64,000 bases of DNA from Octopus vulgaris (Eukaryota). Below are positions 1 to 14,124 of this stretch, one piece after another (the stretch's first letter is position 1; the number at the start of each line of letters is the position of its first letter). The notes under the pieces were generated by a model. That model saw only the letters and a list, made by a program, of their open reading frames with translations. It was not told the origin of the DNA and did no database searches. Made by a program: the position numbers and the translations under genes. The stretch spans positions 1,240,001 to 1,304,000 of the forward strand of contig OX597821.1 of the NCBI GenBank assembly GCA_951406725.2. Direction: 5' to 3'.

Positions 1-140
1 CCGGCTTACATTCTGAGTCTAAGTTCTTCCGAGGTCGACATTTCCTTTCATCGTTTCGTATTTGATAAAATAACTAACATTTACCCTATTCCAACCGTGC
101 CCACCAAGCCCGAGCTTCAGTCCTTGTGGCTATACTAGAA
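1..140 (+). mobile_element. SINE family A, diverged partial copy
   Basis: TTCTGAGTC...CCGAGGTCGAC...TTTCATC...GATAAAATAA. Confidence 0.55.
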
Positions 141-274
141 AGAATTGTTAGTAACTTCGTTTTTCAAAGACAAAACTGTGATTATCTTCGGCAATGTTTA
201 TTTTACCACAGGAACTAATAAGAAGAAACCGTAAATTGCAGAAACCACAAATCTACATTAGGGCGGTCGTGTGA

Positions 275-313
<39 letters not shown>

Positions 314-394
314 TGAGTATATGTGTGTGTATGTATACATATATATATTTATATATGTATATATGTATATATATATGAATATATATACGTGAAT

Positions 395-432
<38 letters not shown>

Positions 433-467
433 GTATATATATGCGTATATGTATATATATATGTATG

Positions 468-512
<45 letters not shown>

Positions 513-1640
513 CAAAGTAAGGGTGAAAAAATTGGATATTAATTTAATAACATTAATTTAACACCAGGTGGTTTAGCGCATAAAAACCTGAGATTCAGTA
601 AATATTAATACACAAATATGAGAGAGAATCTACTATGTGGACGCTCTTTCGCTAAAAATAGATCCTCAATTTGTATATATATATATATATATTCATATAT
701 AAATATATATTATAGATGTATCTATCTCGCTACCTGTCTATGTATGTATGTATGTATGTATGTATGTATGTATGTATGTATCTATCTATCTATCTATCTA
801 CATATATCTTTGTATTTACACACACACACACACACACACACGTACACACACACACACACACATATATAAATATTTGAGAAGCGGTGTATTTAGTACACTA
901 TACATTAAAGGTATGTGTGTGTATTTATGTGAATGTATATGCATACTCTCACACACACACATACGTACACATAAGCAATACGCCCGTATAGGAACGGTAC
1001 TAAGGCAAATATTGATTTTGGCAACCTGACAAAGAGCAGAGAAGCATTTCGGTGCAAGTCAAGTAGGCAGAGTTGAATGAATAGTAGGAAGGTGGCCGCA
1101 CACTGGCCCACGGGTGTTTAGTCGAGCGACTGACATCTTATCTTTTCTGTCATCTTGACTCGCCGACCGTAAGGAAAGGCAGGAAATAAATCATCAAAAA
1201 CAAAGATATGAAAGACTGAATTCAGATACAAAAATACAAGTTCATTCCATGTACAGTTACCGAAACACCAACACAACGTATATGCGATTAAGTTTGTAAA
1301 CAGGCGTATTGATAGCCTAGCTGTCGAAGTAGGTTCAGTGTGTAAGCTATGCAAGGCTAAGTAATTGCCTGGGAGAAAGATGAAGGCGACTAGTGAATCG
1401 ATAACCCGTCGGGTTTCCTTGAAGTCATTAATGAATGTCTTTTTATAATATAAAAGAATGGTAACTAAATTCTCTCAGCAGACTGAAAAAGAAAAGTAAC
1501 TGAATCCTGACTAAGGCTTTAAAAATAATTGGATGTAATTAGTTGACTAGTGAACTGGGTCATTGTCACTGTTTACTGATTTTCTTATTCTTGTAAACTG
1601 TTTACAAATTCAAAACAAAATGGTGTTGTACAGAAGTAAA

Positions 1641-2041
1641 TAATCTTTTCTACTCTAGGCACAAGGCCCGGAATTTGGGGGGAGGGGGCCAGTCGATTAG
1701 ATCGACCCTAGTACGCAAATGGTACTTAATTTATCGGCGCCGAAAGGATGAAAGGCAAAGTCGACCTCGGCGGAATTTGAACTCAGAACGTAGCGACAGA
1801 CGAAATACCTATTTCTTTACTACCCACAAAAGGCTAAACATAGAGGGGACAAACAAGGACAGACAAACAGATTAAGTCGATTACATCGACCCCAGTGCGT
1901 AACAGATACTTAATTTATCGACCCCGAAAGGATGATAGGCAAAGTCGACCTCGGCGGAATTTGAACTCAAAACGTAACGGCAGACGAAATACCGCAAAGC
2001 ATTTCGCCCGGCGTGCTAACGTTTCTGCCAGCTCGCCGGCT
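1641..2041 (-). mobile_element. tRNA-derived SINE family A (Meta-domain-like), two internal units
   Basis: Head GGCGAGCTGGCAGAAACGTTAGC, B box GAGTTCAAATTCC, central GGTCGACTTTGCCTTTCATCCTTTCGGGGTCGATAAATTAAGTACC. Confidence 0.85.
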
Positions 2042-2519
2042 TTGCACAAGTAAATAGTACCGAGGCAATGTTGACGTGTCTTATTAATAAATTATTTAGC
2101 GTTATTGTTTCGAAGTACGAAAACAGATAAATGAGCTGCGTAAGTAAATTATTTCGTCTACCAGCTGACTGGCTGTTGTTGTTGCTTAAGGGCAACTATG
2201 CTTTGATCGAGATGGTTATCACCGAAGTATCCCATCTTTTGTTTTTTTCAGCCCCAGTCTATCTCGGAATGCATTAACCATTGCATTCTTTTTCTAACTG
2301 GTACGATATCGTTTTAGAGAGACATGCCTACTATTTATTACAGATCAAGTGATCACGTAGGGGCTCCTTCATTGGCTTGTAGTTTATTAGTTATTGATGT
2401 CAAATCTCCCTCAAATGGCAACGTATGATCTTAGACACAGGGCATAACGTGATTCTAGTTTTTTTTTGTATTTACTTATGTGCAAAAAACGGTATGTTTT
2501 CGGTTGGAGTGTGGAACCT

Positions 2520-2672
2520 ATCTTTACGTTATGAGTTCAAATTCCGCTGAGGTGGACGTTGCTTTCATCCTTTGGGGCTCGATAAAATAAGAGTGAAGTC
2601 CTTGGGTTAATGTAATCGGCTTATACCCCACACCCAAAATTGCTGGCCTTGTTTCAAAATTTGAAATCAGTA
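2520..2672 (+). mobile_element. SINE family A, partial
   Basis: GAGTTCAAATTCCGCTGAGGTGGAC...TTTCATCCTTTGGGG. Confidence 0.7.
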
Positions 2673-2967
2673 TTATTCAATGGCTTCTTTGTCAAGGTTC
2701 AACAAAATTAAATACACCACAAAAAATTTCTGCAGACACTCGCGCACACACTCATACACAGATACACATACATAGGTATGCAAACATATATAGATACATA
2801 CACACACACATATACACTCAAACATACACAGACACACACGCACAGGCATATACAACTGCACACATACACGCGTCTGTGCGCACGTATATACATTCTGCCA
2901 CATACATATACACAGAGATCCATATAAACACTATTTCATATGTAAAAATAACATTTCGACCGCTAAT

Positions 2968-3150
2968 ATTTTGTATGACTTTGGCACAAGTCCACAAACT
3001 TTGAGGGGGAAAAGTCCAGAAAATTTGAGAGGTAGTAGACTACAGCGACCCCAGTATCCGAGTGGTGCTTTGTTTTACTACTCAGACAGGACCAAAGGCA
3101 AAGAGGAACTTGGCGGAATTTGAACTCAGAACGTATAGAGCCGGAAATGT
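2968..3150 (-). mobile_element. SINE family A, diverged partial copy
   Basis: GGCGGAATTTGAACTCAGAACGTA block. Confidence 0.55.
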
Positions 3151-3531
3151 TTCGAAAGTAGGTCAATTAAGATGTACCTATCGTCCCACTACCTATCCCT
3201 GTTCCCAGTATCCGTATTTAGTTCTCCACCCGCCAATACCCCAAGAGGCGATATCACTCATTTTGAGAGGACGAATTTAAAACAGTAATTGCTATTAAAA
3301 CCCGTTGCGTTTTCGCCACGCAAAACCCGTTCCTACATGAACCCACTGGGAAGCATCTGACTGAGCCTACGAAATGTTCAGTAGGTAGTCGACCCCGTAT
3401 CTAACAGTTGCCTACTGTCCTTCTCTTCCAGATTATGAAAGCTTACCATAACGTTTAATCTAAATATAGTGAAATTTCAAGATTTCCTTTTTCTTATTAG
3501 GCGTATGTGGGTTAAGGTAGGCGTTAATACT

Positions 3532-3830
3532 GGCATTCCGCCGGTTACGGAGGCGACGATTCCCTGTTCATCAGACCAGCTGAATAGCCTGCTCTTGAAA
3601 TTAACATGCAAGTGGCTGAGTGCTCCACAGACACGTGTTCTCAAGGAGATTCAGCATGATACACAATGTGAAAAGGCTGACCCTTTGAATTACTTATTTC
3701 TGCCAGCTGAGTGAACTGGAGCAACGAGAAATAAAGTGTCTTGATCAAAGACACAATGCGCTGCTGAGAGTTGAAATCACAACCTTGTGAGTGTGAGCCA
3801 AATACTCTAACCACTAAGCCATGTGTCTTC
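3532..3830 (-). mobile_element. tRNA-derived SINE family B
   Basis: Reverse complement of the GGCTTAGTGGTTAG...CACTCAGCTGGCA...GTCTGTGGAG..CTCAGCCACTTGCA consensus. Confidence 0.75.
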
Positions 3831-3977
3831 AGCTGTTGACGTCAAGTGTATATAAGACTGACGGAAGGAAGGATTATTTCACACTTACTCCGTCCCTTAG
3901 TTTTACACTATATTTTAGAGACGAGGAATTCTGTACATTATTTACATTGGACTGATATGTCTCCTCATCTTTTTGTT

Positions 3978-4024
3978 ACCACGACGTTTCGGCTGATTTC
4001 CTCTCCACCCTTCATCAGGTGTCC
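3978..4024 (-). ncRNA. Minimal type I hammerhead ribozyme motif
   Basis: Minus strand: GGACAC-CTGATGA-AGGGTG GAGAGGAAAT CAGCC-GAAAC-GTC-GTG. One mismatch in stem II; loopless AC/GT stem III of the dimer-type HHRs. Confidence 0.65.
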
Positions 4025-4090
4025 AGGTAGAATTTCGAACCCAACCCTGGGTTTTCATTCCTAAGATATTTTTTACTGATGTTATTGTTA

Positions 4091-4140
<50 letters not shown>

Positions 4141-4147
4141 TATTCAA

Positions 4148-4220
4148 GGCACTGCCTGGAATTGAACTCGCAATCTGGAGGTTAGTAACCCGCGCTCTTA
4201 ACCATTACGCTGTATGTCCG
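4148..4220 (-). promoter_or_regulatory. tRNA-derived head with Pol III A and B boxes
   Basis: Minus strand reads GGACATACAGCGTAATGGTTAAGAGCGCGGGTTACTAACCTCCAGATTGCGAGTTCAATTCCAGGCAGTGCC. A box-like CAGCGTAATGG, B box GAGTTCAATTCC. Confidence 0.65.
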
Positions 4221-4412
4221 TGGGCAATTATAAGGTTTATAACCCATAAAATTCACTCTATAATTCCTCACAGGCATATAGCGAAAGAGCGCGGGCTACT
4301 AACCCCAAGATTGCGAGTTCAATTCTAGGCAGCGCTTGAAAAAATAATTATAACTTCAGCCAAAAATTACCTTAGGAATGTAAACCCAGGGTTGTGTTCA
4401 AAATTCTACAAG

Positions 4413-4453
4413 GACACCTGATGAAGACTGGAGAGTAAATCAGCCGAAACGTC
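4413..4453 (+). ncRNA. Minimal type I hammerhead ribozyme motif, 3' side of stem I lost
   Basis: GACAC-CTGATGA-AGACTG GAGAGTAAAT CAGCC-GAAAC-GTC, followed by a deletion relative to the other copies. Confidence 0.55.
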
Positions 4454-5123
4454 TAATGTAAATAATGTACCCTAGTTTTACAGCATTATCTGATCCTTTT
4501 TGTCGAGTCCACACTGTTGTAGTCATTTGGGCCGGCTTTCCAGTCAAGTCTGATCAAGGCTAACATGGGGATAAACAACAACAGCAAGAAGAAGAAGAAA
4601 AAGAAAAGCAACAACAACAACAACAGTCTTGAAGTCAGCAATGAATTTATTTTTATAATATAAAGAACAATAACTAAATTTCTTTCGACAAAGTTAAGAA
4701 AAAGTAACTGAATCCTGACTATGGCTTTAAAATTGGATCAAACTAATTGATTCGTGGACTGCCTCGTTCTCACTGTTTACTGAGCTTCATGTAAATCTGA
4801 TTACAAATTTATTAGAAAGATAGTGTTGTACAGAAATCAATAATGCGGAGGTAATGTTAGCGGGTCTCACTGATGAGCCATCTAGCACAAGGCCTTGATT
4901 GATCCGAGGCTATAGTATATGATAAATAAATTGTTGAAGGAATCGTACTGTGAGAACGAACTTGAAATAACGTAATTGCCAAGGAAGCTTCATAACCACG
5001 TGGTCATTCTAAAGCACATCGTCTTGTCCTTCTGGCTCCCTTCTTAGATTATAACTTTCACTGACAGAACTAATGACGATAAATGACAACATCACCTCGT
5101 GGGATATGCCTCCATTTTTGCAC

Positions 5124-5884
<761 letters not shown>

Positions 5885-5916
5885 TTAAAAAAGGAGATGT
5901 GGAACACGAGTTGTGA

Positions 5917-6150
5917 TATATAAAAAAAGGAAATGAAGAAAATGCTGACAAAATAATTTAAGTAAGGGAGAGTGTATTTAATTAGATGAATGTTCTTTTT
6001 ACCGGTTGCGCATTTGTTATGCTTATCAAAATATAGAGTTCCTTTCTGATTGATTTTTTTCAGAGAAAAAAATCAATCAGAAAGAACTTTCACCTAATTA
6101 AATACACTCTCCCTTACTTAAATTATTTTGTCAGCATTTTCTTCATTTCC

Positions 6151-6160
<10 letters not shown>
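5917..6160. repeat. Foldback element with ~73-bp inverted arms, an internal hairpin and a decayed HHR-like motif
   Basis: 5917-5990 is the reverse complement of 6089-6160; inner hairpin at 6036-6090. Minus strand 5998-6033 reads TTGATAA-GCAT AACAA ATGC-GCAA-CCGG-TA. Confidence 0.6.
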
Positions 6161-6218
<58 letters not shown>

Positions 6219-6252
6219 CACACACATATACATACATACATACATACATACA

Positions 6253-6286
<34 letters not shown>

Positions 6287-6312
6287 CACATATATATACA
6301 TACACACTCATA

Positions 6313-6632
6313 TATTCTTTTATTCTTTTACTTGACCTAGTCATTTGACTGCGGCCATGCTGGGGCCCCGCCTTTAGTCGAGCAAATCGATCACAGAACT
6401 TATTTCTTGTAATCCAATCCTAGTACTTATTCGATCGGTCTCTATTGCCGAACCGCTTAGTTACGGGGACGAAAATACACCAACATCAGTTGACAAGTGA
6501 TGGTGGGAAGACAAACACATACACACAAACATACACACACACACACAAACATACACACACACACACTCTCACACACACACACATATATATATGTACACGC
6601 ACATATATATAAAAATACATACATACGTTCAA

Positions 6633-6664
<32 letters not shown>

Positions 6665-7080
6665 ACATATATATAGATATATACGATAGTATATATATAC
6701 TAGGCGAGCTGACAGAAACGTTAGCGCGCCGGGCGAAATGCTTAGTGGTATTTCGTCTGTCGATACGTTCTGAGTTCAAATTCCGCCGTGGTCGACTTTC
6801 AGCCTTTTGGGGTCGATAAATACAGTACCAGTTTCGCCCTGGGGTCGATGTAATCAACTTAATCCCTTTGTCTGTCATTGTTTGTCCCCTCTATGTTTAG
6901 CCCCTTTTGGGTACTAAAGAAAAAAATATATATACGATAGTCTTCTTTCAGTTTCTATCTACCAACTGCATTCACAAGGCTTTGGTCGGCTCGGAACTTA
7001 TGTAGAAGTTGGCACACAATGGGATTGGATCTAGAAACCATGTGACAGGGAAGCAAACTTCTTGCGATTCTGCCTACTAA
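6313..7080 (-). mobile_element. SINE family C (CORE-like) with internal CA microsatellite, interrupted by a family A copy
   Basis: Tail GTCATTTGACTGCGGCCATGCTGG...GCCGAACCGCT; head TTTCAGTTT...CAAGGCTTTGGTCGG. Confidence 0.7.
6702..6925 (+). mobile_element. SINE family A nested inside a family C SINE
   Basis: Full head-to-tail copy lying between the tail (6313-6520) and head (6934-7080) of a minus-strand family C element; ATATATACGATAGT occurs on both sides. Confidence 0.8.
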
Positions 7081-7539
7081 CACCTGTATCATACTTGTGT
7101 TGCACAGTGAACATTCACTGACGGAGGCCCCACAAGTACAGGGAACCGTTAAAGAGTTAGCTGAGATCCCTTGTAGATATCTATTCCGGATTTTTACGTT
7201 CTGCCGGCAAGGCTTGCGACAACACTGGTGCCAAATTGCATCGGCCAACGTCGGCAGCTTTTCCCTTGCATGTTAGGATACACATCAGCTGACTTCTCTA
7301 TACACTTTCCCCTCGACTTACGACCTATGCGACTTACGAACATCCGCACTTACAACTACATTTTTCGTAGGTCGGGCAACTACATTTATAATAACTAAGG
7401 CAGCATCTGGCAACGCAGGTCTCCCTCCGACTCAGTCATCCACTGTTTGCCACTGTCTCTTACTCGATAATAAGTCGAGGAGAAGGTGTATATGCAATTA
7501 TCAGCTTTCCTCATAAGGTCTTGCTCTAAGTATATGTAA

Positions 7540-7883
7540 TCTTTTATTCTTTTACATGTTTCAGTGATTTGACTATGGCCATGCTAGAGCACCGTCTTTA
7601 GTCGAACAAATCGACTCAGGATTTATTCTTTGTAAGCCTAGTACTTATTCTATCGGTCAATTTTGCCGAACCGCTAGGGTACGGAGACGTAAACCCACTG
7701 ACATCGGTTGTCAAGTGATGTTGGTGGGGGGGGGGGACATATGTTTGTGTGTATGTGTTTGTCTCCTCACCATTGCCTGTCAACCGATGTTGGTGCATTT
7801 ACGTCCCTCATAACTTCGGCAATAGAGACCGATAGAATAAGTACACACACAAATACATGCATGCATACATACATACATATCTA

Positions 7884-7964
<81 letters not shown>

Positions 7965-8116
7965 GATGGGTTTCTTTCAGTTTTCGTCTACCAAATCCAC
8001 TTACAAGGCTTTGGTCGACCCGTGGCTATAGTAGAAGACACTTGCCCAAGGTGCTACGCAGTGGGACTTTACCCGGAACCATGTGGTTGGTAAGCAAGCT
8101 TCTTACTACACAGCTG
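7540..8116 (-). mobile_element. SINE family C
   Basis: Tail block, microsatellite, then ATAGTAGAAGACACTTGCCCAAGGTGC..GCAGTGGGACT (CORE-like CACCTTGGGCAAGTG on the minus strand). Confidence 0.8.
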
Positions 8117-8587
8117 CTGAACATAAACAGGTGGAGGCCTTACATATTCTTAGGCGTGTGGCTTTGCGTTTTTACACAAGACTTTGAAATCTCGTTTATT
8201 TAACTGCTTTAATTTGTAACCAAAATTTTGTTGAGAAACTTACTTGCAATATATATTAGATTTGTCTCCTATCTGTTTACCGATACAAAAAGACAAAAAC
8301 TAAATTCGTTACATATTTAAGTACCAATCTTTATTGGTTCCTTGTTGTCTCTGAAATGGGATTAATAAAAATAAAAATAGCGATAAAAAAAATAAGAAGA
8401 GAAACAGGAAGCAAATCTGAAAAATGGTTGTTTGAATAGTTTTGTGAAGACTTTGTAGGCTGGAAGTGAAATAATCAGCGAGCGAGCTTTTCGGTAATTG
8501 AAAACTGACATTGAATGATAAACTGCGAAGAGGGAACGACGAAAAGAATATTTGAAATTCTTCTCCACCTTTAAGTCTTTTTCTGTT

Positions 8588-8634
<47 letters not shown>

Positions 8635-9196
8635 GTGCGTGCGTGCGTGCGTGTATGCGCACGAGCGTCAACATGCAAACAAAAGAAGGGAGAGAGAGAA
8701 AGACATTAAGAAAATGGAAGTGAAACAAAAACAAACAAACAATAACAACGATACCAAACAAAAGAAACAATAAGGAAACAAAAACAGTACAAATAAAACC
8801 ATGTAAATGATATGGTACCCCCAAAGGATAAAAGATGATATATGGCACTGAAGAAGAAAAACAAAACAAAAAGACACCAAGAAAAACAAAATATGGAAAA
8901 AGAAAAAAAGGCCGATAGATCGCTGGGTTAAATATTCAGGTGGGAATTTTACTGGAAGTTTTCGTGTTAGATGATGTTTTGATTTTTGTGTGATTTCAGC
9001 TTCTTTGGACGTTTATCGATTTTCATTGTTTTTGTTTTTGCTGTTGTTGGTTTTGCTAAGAAAACCTGTGAAATTGTTTCGAAGCAGAATTTGATTTTTG
9101 AAGCAAATACGAAAATATACAGAGAAATCTTGAAAGAACAAAAAAACAAAGGAGAAAGCCAATGTATGTATGTAACAAGATGTATGTACACAAGAT

Positions 9197-9498
9197 GAAG
9201 GTGTGCGGCTCAGCGGTTAGGACATTCGGCTTACGATCGTGAGATCGCGAGTTCGAGTCCCGGCGATGCTTTGTATCCTTAAGCAAGGCACTTTATTTCA
9301 CGTTGCTCCTGTTCACTCAGCTGGTAAAAAAAAGAAAAAAAGGAATGAGTACGTGTATTTGAAAGGAGCAGTCTTATCACATTTTGTATCACGCTGAATC
9401 TCCCTGACATCTACATTAAGGGTAGACGTGTCTGTGGAGTACTCAGCCACTTGCGTGTTAATTTCACGAGCAGGCTGTTCCGTTGATCGAATCATCTG
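9197..9498 (+). mobile_element. SINE family B
   Basis: A box GGCTCAGCGG, B box GAGTTCGAGTCC, body TCCTTAAGCAAGGCACTT...CACTCAGCTGG. Confidence 0.8.
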
Positions 9499-11241
9499 AA
9501 ATGAAGGGAAAGGATATGGTTATAAATGCCGAATGGGGGGGGGGGGGTAGGGTGAGTTTCGGGCGAAGGGAGTAATTCGATAAACGAAGGTGGGGTGTCG
9601 GCAGGGGGGGAAAACTGAAGCAGGTAGAAAGGTATGAGATAGATAGAGAGGGTAGACAGAGAGGGGGAACAAAGGAAAGGATAAGTTGGTAGCGATGGCA
9701 ATAGGTAGTTAGGGCTAAGCTGTTCTTGTTGAATTCACTTCCTTTCAATAAACGCCCCTCCATTTTCTCATCGTACCTATTTCTCTTTTTCAGATCTATA
9801 ACCTCCATCAACCCTAATTAATAACGACTGTAGTCAACGCACCCAGCTACGACTCCACTCTTCACAATACTCCCCATCTCTCGATTCACCACAACTACTT
9901 CTCTCAGTCACTTGGTCACTCACCCCATCTTCCCTCCCGCTCCGCCGCTCCGCCTCTCCTATCTCTTCTTGTCCTCTTTCTGCCTTAACACGTCCTCCTA
10001 CCCTGAACCACCTACTACCTCTCTCCACTTACTTTTGTCGGTCTTCTTCACTCATTCTACCCTGCATTATGATTTGAACTATTAGATTTCAACCTTTCCA
10101 TCTTGATGACGGAAGCCGGATTTACTGTAATGTTTATAAGCAGCCAGGTTGCGTATCCATAATTTTTGCACAATCCATTAGCGAACATTACTACTATTCC
10201 GTAATTCCGATACCCCAGTAACAACTGTCAGACCTGAAATCCCATGCCCTAACCCTTAAGTTTTCTGCATTTTGTACTCCGTGTGAATCTGTTCTGTAAA
10301 CATATAAAAAAACCTACATGCTTTTACAAGAGTGTTTATCTTCTGAATGAATATTTTCAGTTGTTTTTCTGTTTCTCTATATATCGCTATGTAGATTTAC
10401 ACGTATATGTATATTTTATATATCAAACCTAAGCGTGTTTATATATTTCTTTGCATCATCTCCTCCCTCGCTCTGTCTGTCTTTCTCTCCTTCCCTCCTC
10501 TTCCCCCCCTCTCTTCCTATATTGCGACACTGTCTGATGTAGAAGTGAGATAAAGCGATGTGTCATTATCCGGTCGAGCTTGCTCGTACATTAAACGTTT
10601 CTCCATTGCAAATTTCTCGTCTATGGTCGCAGGTCTTATAGGCGATTGCAATGTCAGTCAAACTGATGAGTTTTTTTCCAAATACGATTGTTAAAAGTGT
10701 AATTTGTTCTGCCAAGTGGAAAGAAATCCAAACGCAAAGTATTTTTCATGTTTTTCACTTTATTCCCTGCTGCCATCCTGCTTATCAACGATAGGGAAAA
10801 TTCCGTTCTATCCAGACCGTCCGAGTTTCACCGCGACCCTGTCAGATTGACTAACGGGTGCTATGCCTTGCCAAAGGGCGATCCGTAATGCTATGCTATC
10901 CGGGACAGCTTATTTAGAGAATTATTATTGCTGTCGAACAGATTTTCGAAATCAGTAAATGTATTTACGTGAAAATCTATATATAAATATCCTGCACAGA
11001 GAGTCGTTCGTCGAGGGGCGGTGCCTACCATACGTTGACGAGAGGCAAACACCTCGAAACCTGGGTCCGTATGTGGCATCCGCTTCTTCGGGGAATGATC
11101 TCCCTTTGCAGGATAGAGGACACCGTGATGGTGTCAGCCTATCTGGTGACGTTGATGATCGCCTGGGGCTAAATGCATCAGTAACACCCCCACCGCCCTG
11201 CCCTGTCCCTAGCCACATTCAAATGGCTAATGTCCCTTTTG

Positions 11242-11292
<51 letters not shown>

Positions 11293-12044
11293 CATACTGA
11301 CCATTCCCTTTTCCGCATACTGGGGACCCGATGAATGGGAGTTTTCATTACCAAACCACACAGTGATTTGCAGATTGTTCTAATACTGTGTTTGTAAATT
11401 TGTAAATGACGTTGGAATGGGCAACAACGATATGTAGCTTTTTCCAATTCCTTGCATGGATATGTGTGCATGCACGTGTACATACATATGTGTGTTTGTA
11501 TATCTATGTGTACGTGTAAGAACCAACGTCACACGGCTCTTTATGAAGTATTCTAATATTTAGAGTGCAGCCAGCCATCACTTAGATGTAAAACTTTATG
11601 AATCAATAATATACCACGGCAACACTACCACCGTCACTATCTCACTATGTCCATAATTAGCTTCTTGGCCTGTTCCTTTTATGGCGAATTCTGGCGCTCT
11701 GTGTAATTATACATACAGATGGCTAATTTACCAGATGCTGCTGCACTTGTGACACTTGTCAAAGTTGCAAACAAACATTTTTACATAATACACACACACA
11801 CACATACTCAAACGCGCATAAATATATATGCACAAGCATACAAACGCGCGCGCGCACACACATACACACACGCACACACACACATACACACACACTCATA
11901 CACGTATACACGTACGCGTATATATACAGACAGAAAGGTGGGTGTGGAATACTTAATACAAAATAAGAGAGTTTAATATTTTATTCAATCTGATCCAATG
12001 TCTAGCCGGTTACTCAGGATCAAACTAAATTAACTATTTGTTTC

Positions 12045-12056
12045 ATCTATCTATCC

Positions 12057-12143
<87 letters not shown>

Positions 12144-12158
12144 AATCTATCACTATAT

Positions 12159-12213
<55 letters not shown>

Positions 12214-12214
12214 A

Positions 12215-12292
<78 letters not shown>

Positions 12293-12313
12293 GTCTGTCT
12301 GTCTGTCTGCCTT

Positions 12314-12408
<95 letters not shown>

Positions 12409-12416
12409 GTCTGTCT
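12045..12416. repeat. (ATCT)n/(CT)n microsatellite
   Basis: Direct inspection. Confidence 0.95.
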
Positions 12417-13854
12417 ATATATGTAGCTAGCTACGCATAAACATAGAGAGAGTAAGCGTGAAAGAGGGGAAATTTGATCGGTTGACGAAACTATGAAGCT
12501 CGCACGATGGATTTTATCACCTGCCTTGTCACAATTGAATCACGCTGATTCTGTCTAACGTCAAAAATATGTGTGTGCGAGATACTCAACCACATGGCAT
12601 GCTAATTCAACGCGCACATTTTTCAGGAGATTGAACGCTTGGGGGTTATACATCAAGATTGACGGCCAATCTGACATCACTATATTATGCTAGTGGCGGA
12701 GATGGCGAATTAATATATCATTTCACTCTTCAAGCAGAGAGTTTTTTTCCTTCAAGAACGGGAATTATATATGAGTATCTCATGACTGAATAATCTGCGG
12801 TAGAATATAGACGTTTCGTATGAATGTAGTAATTTGATCAGATAACACATTCATCTAGGATGATGACTGATTTAAATGAATACAAATAAATTATTCATTC
12901 CGCATTATCGATATGTAAAAATATCTCAGTGAAATAATCAAGCATGTGTGGTTCTACTCAACTGCACTGATGGAGTACAGATATATACTGTAGCAAAACA
13001 TGTGTCCATATCTCTCCATTACCTACGAATAATGTCAGAGTTACTCCTCTTTGAAGCATGTAAATAGTTCACGAAAAATTCGTTAATTTCTTTAAATTTA
13101 TCTCCCCTTTTCTTTGAGAGTCGCCAACAGCTGCCGCTGGATTTTCCTTTTTTCATCTTTTAACCACTGCAGCTAAGAATAAAATTTTAATTAATTAAAA
13201 AGAATTTTGTTGTATTTTTTTTGCAATGTGATATTTAATGCATTACCTGTTAATTAATTGATTATCGAGATTTATGCCATTTGTGTATTTTAGTTATTTC
13301 CCTTTGCTAATTTTTCTTTTTTAATTATGGCTTTGTTATTTTTACTGTTATTGTTGCTGCCTTTGGAGAAGAATAATCCCAGAAGTTCAGTTTGAGAGGA
13401 ATTATACCTAAATCTGCTCTCTCTACAATATGACACGTAACATTGTTCACAGTAATAATCTATTGATCCCAATACAATTTATCAATATTGCCCGCTGGGG
13501 CAAATAGAAGAAATCCTCATCCACTCACACATACACATCCCCCCCACACACACATACGCACAAACATACGCAAGCATGCACACACACATATACTCACTGC
13601 TGCATGCGCACATATACGTAGGTACACAACCACACGCATACAGAATAAATACAGCAGAGTTAATGAAACTACAACGAGACTTACATATAGTGAATTACAT
13701 ATACAACAGACGTAACAATACAGCTACATATACACACACACACATACACACACACAGAATCGCACACGCTCATACACACACAACTTTAGTCATTTTTATA
13801 TAACGAAATGGCCACATTCTTGCAATCTGAGACTTGCAAACTCATACACACATA

Positions 13855-13929
<75 letters not shown>

Positions 13930-14041
13930 GTATGTATATATGTATGTATGTGTATGTGTGTGTATACGCACATAGAAAACTAGGTGGTATCACACATCTT
14001 ATACATGCTCATGCACACATAGCAGAAATATAGGGACATAT

Positions 14042-14124
<83 letters not shown>

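Larger units (their letters stand above)
3911..4462. mobile_element. Palindromic element: two head-to-head arms, each with a tRNA-like head, body and hammerhead motif
   Basis: Arm 3975-4235 is the reverse complement of 4255-4455. tRNA-like heads at 4148-4220 (-) and 4273-4336 (+); HHR cores at 3978-4024 (-) and 4413-4453 (+). Confidence 0.7.

Noticed and set aside
4148-4336. Functional tRNA genes
   Set aside because: Acceptor and T stems are imperfect, one copy has a D-arm deletion, and both are embedded in a repeat. They are treated as tRNA-derived heads; the same applies to the SINE A, B and C heads.
4862-4895. CTGATGAGCC motif
   Set aside because: No downstream GAAA or stem III; the sequence runs into a SINE C fragment.
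10100-10235. Hammerhead-like TTGATGACGGA...GTAACAACTGTC
   Set aside because: Both core boxes are mutated and stem II is uncertain; at best a decayed Penelope terminus.
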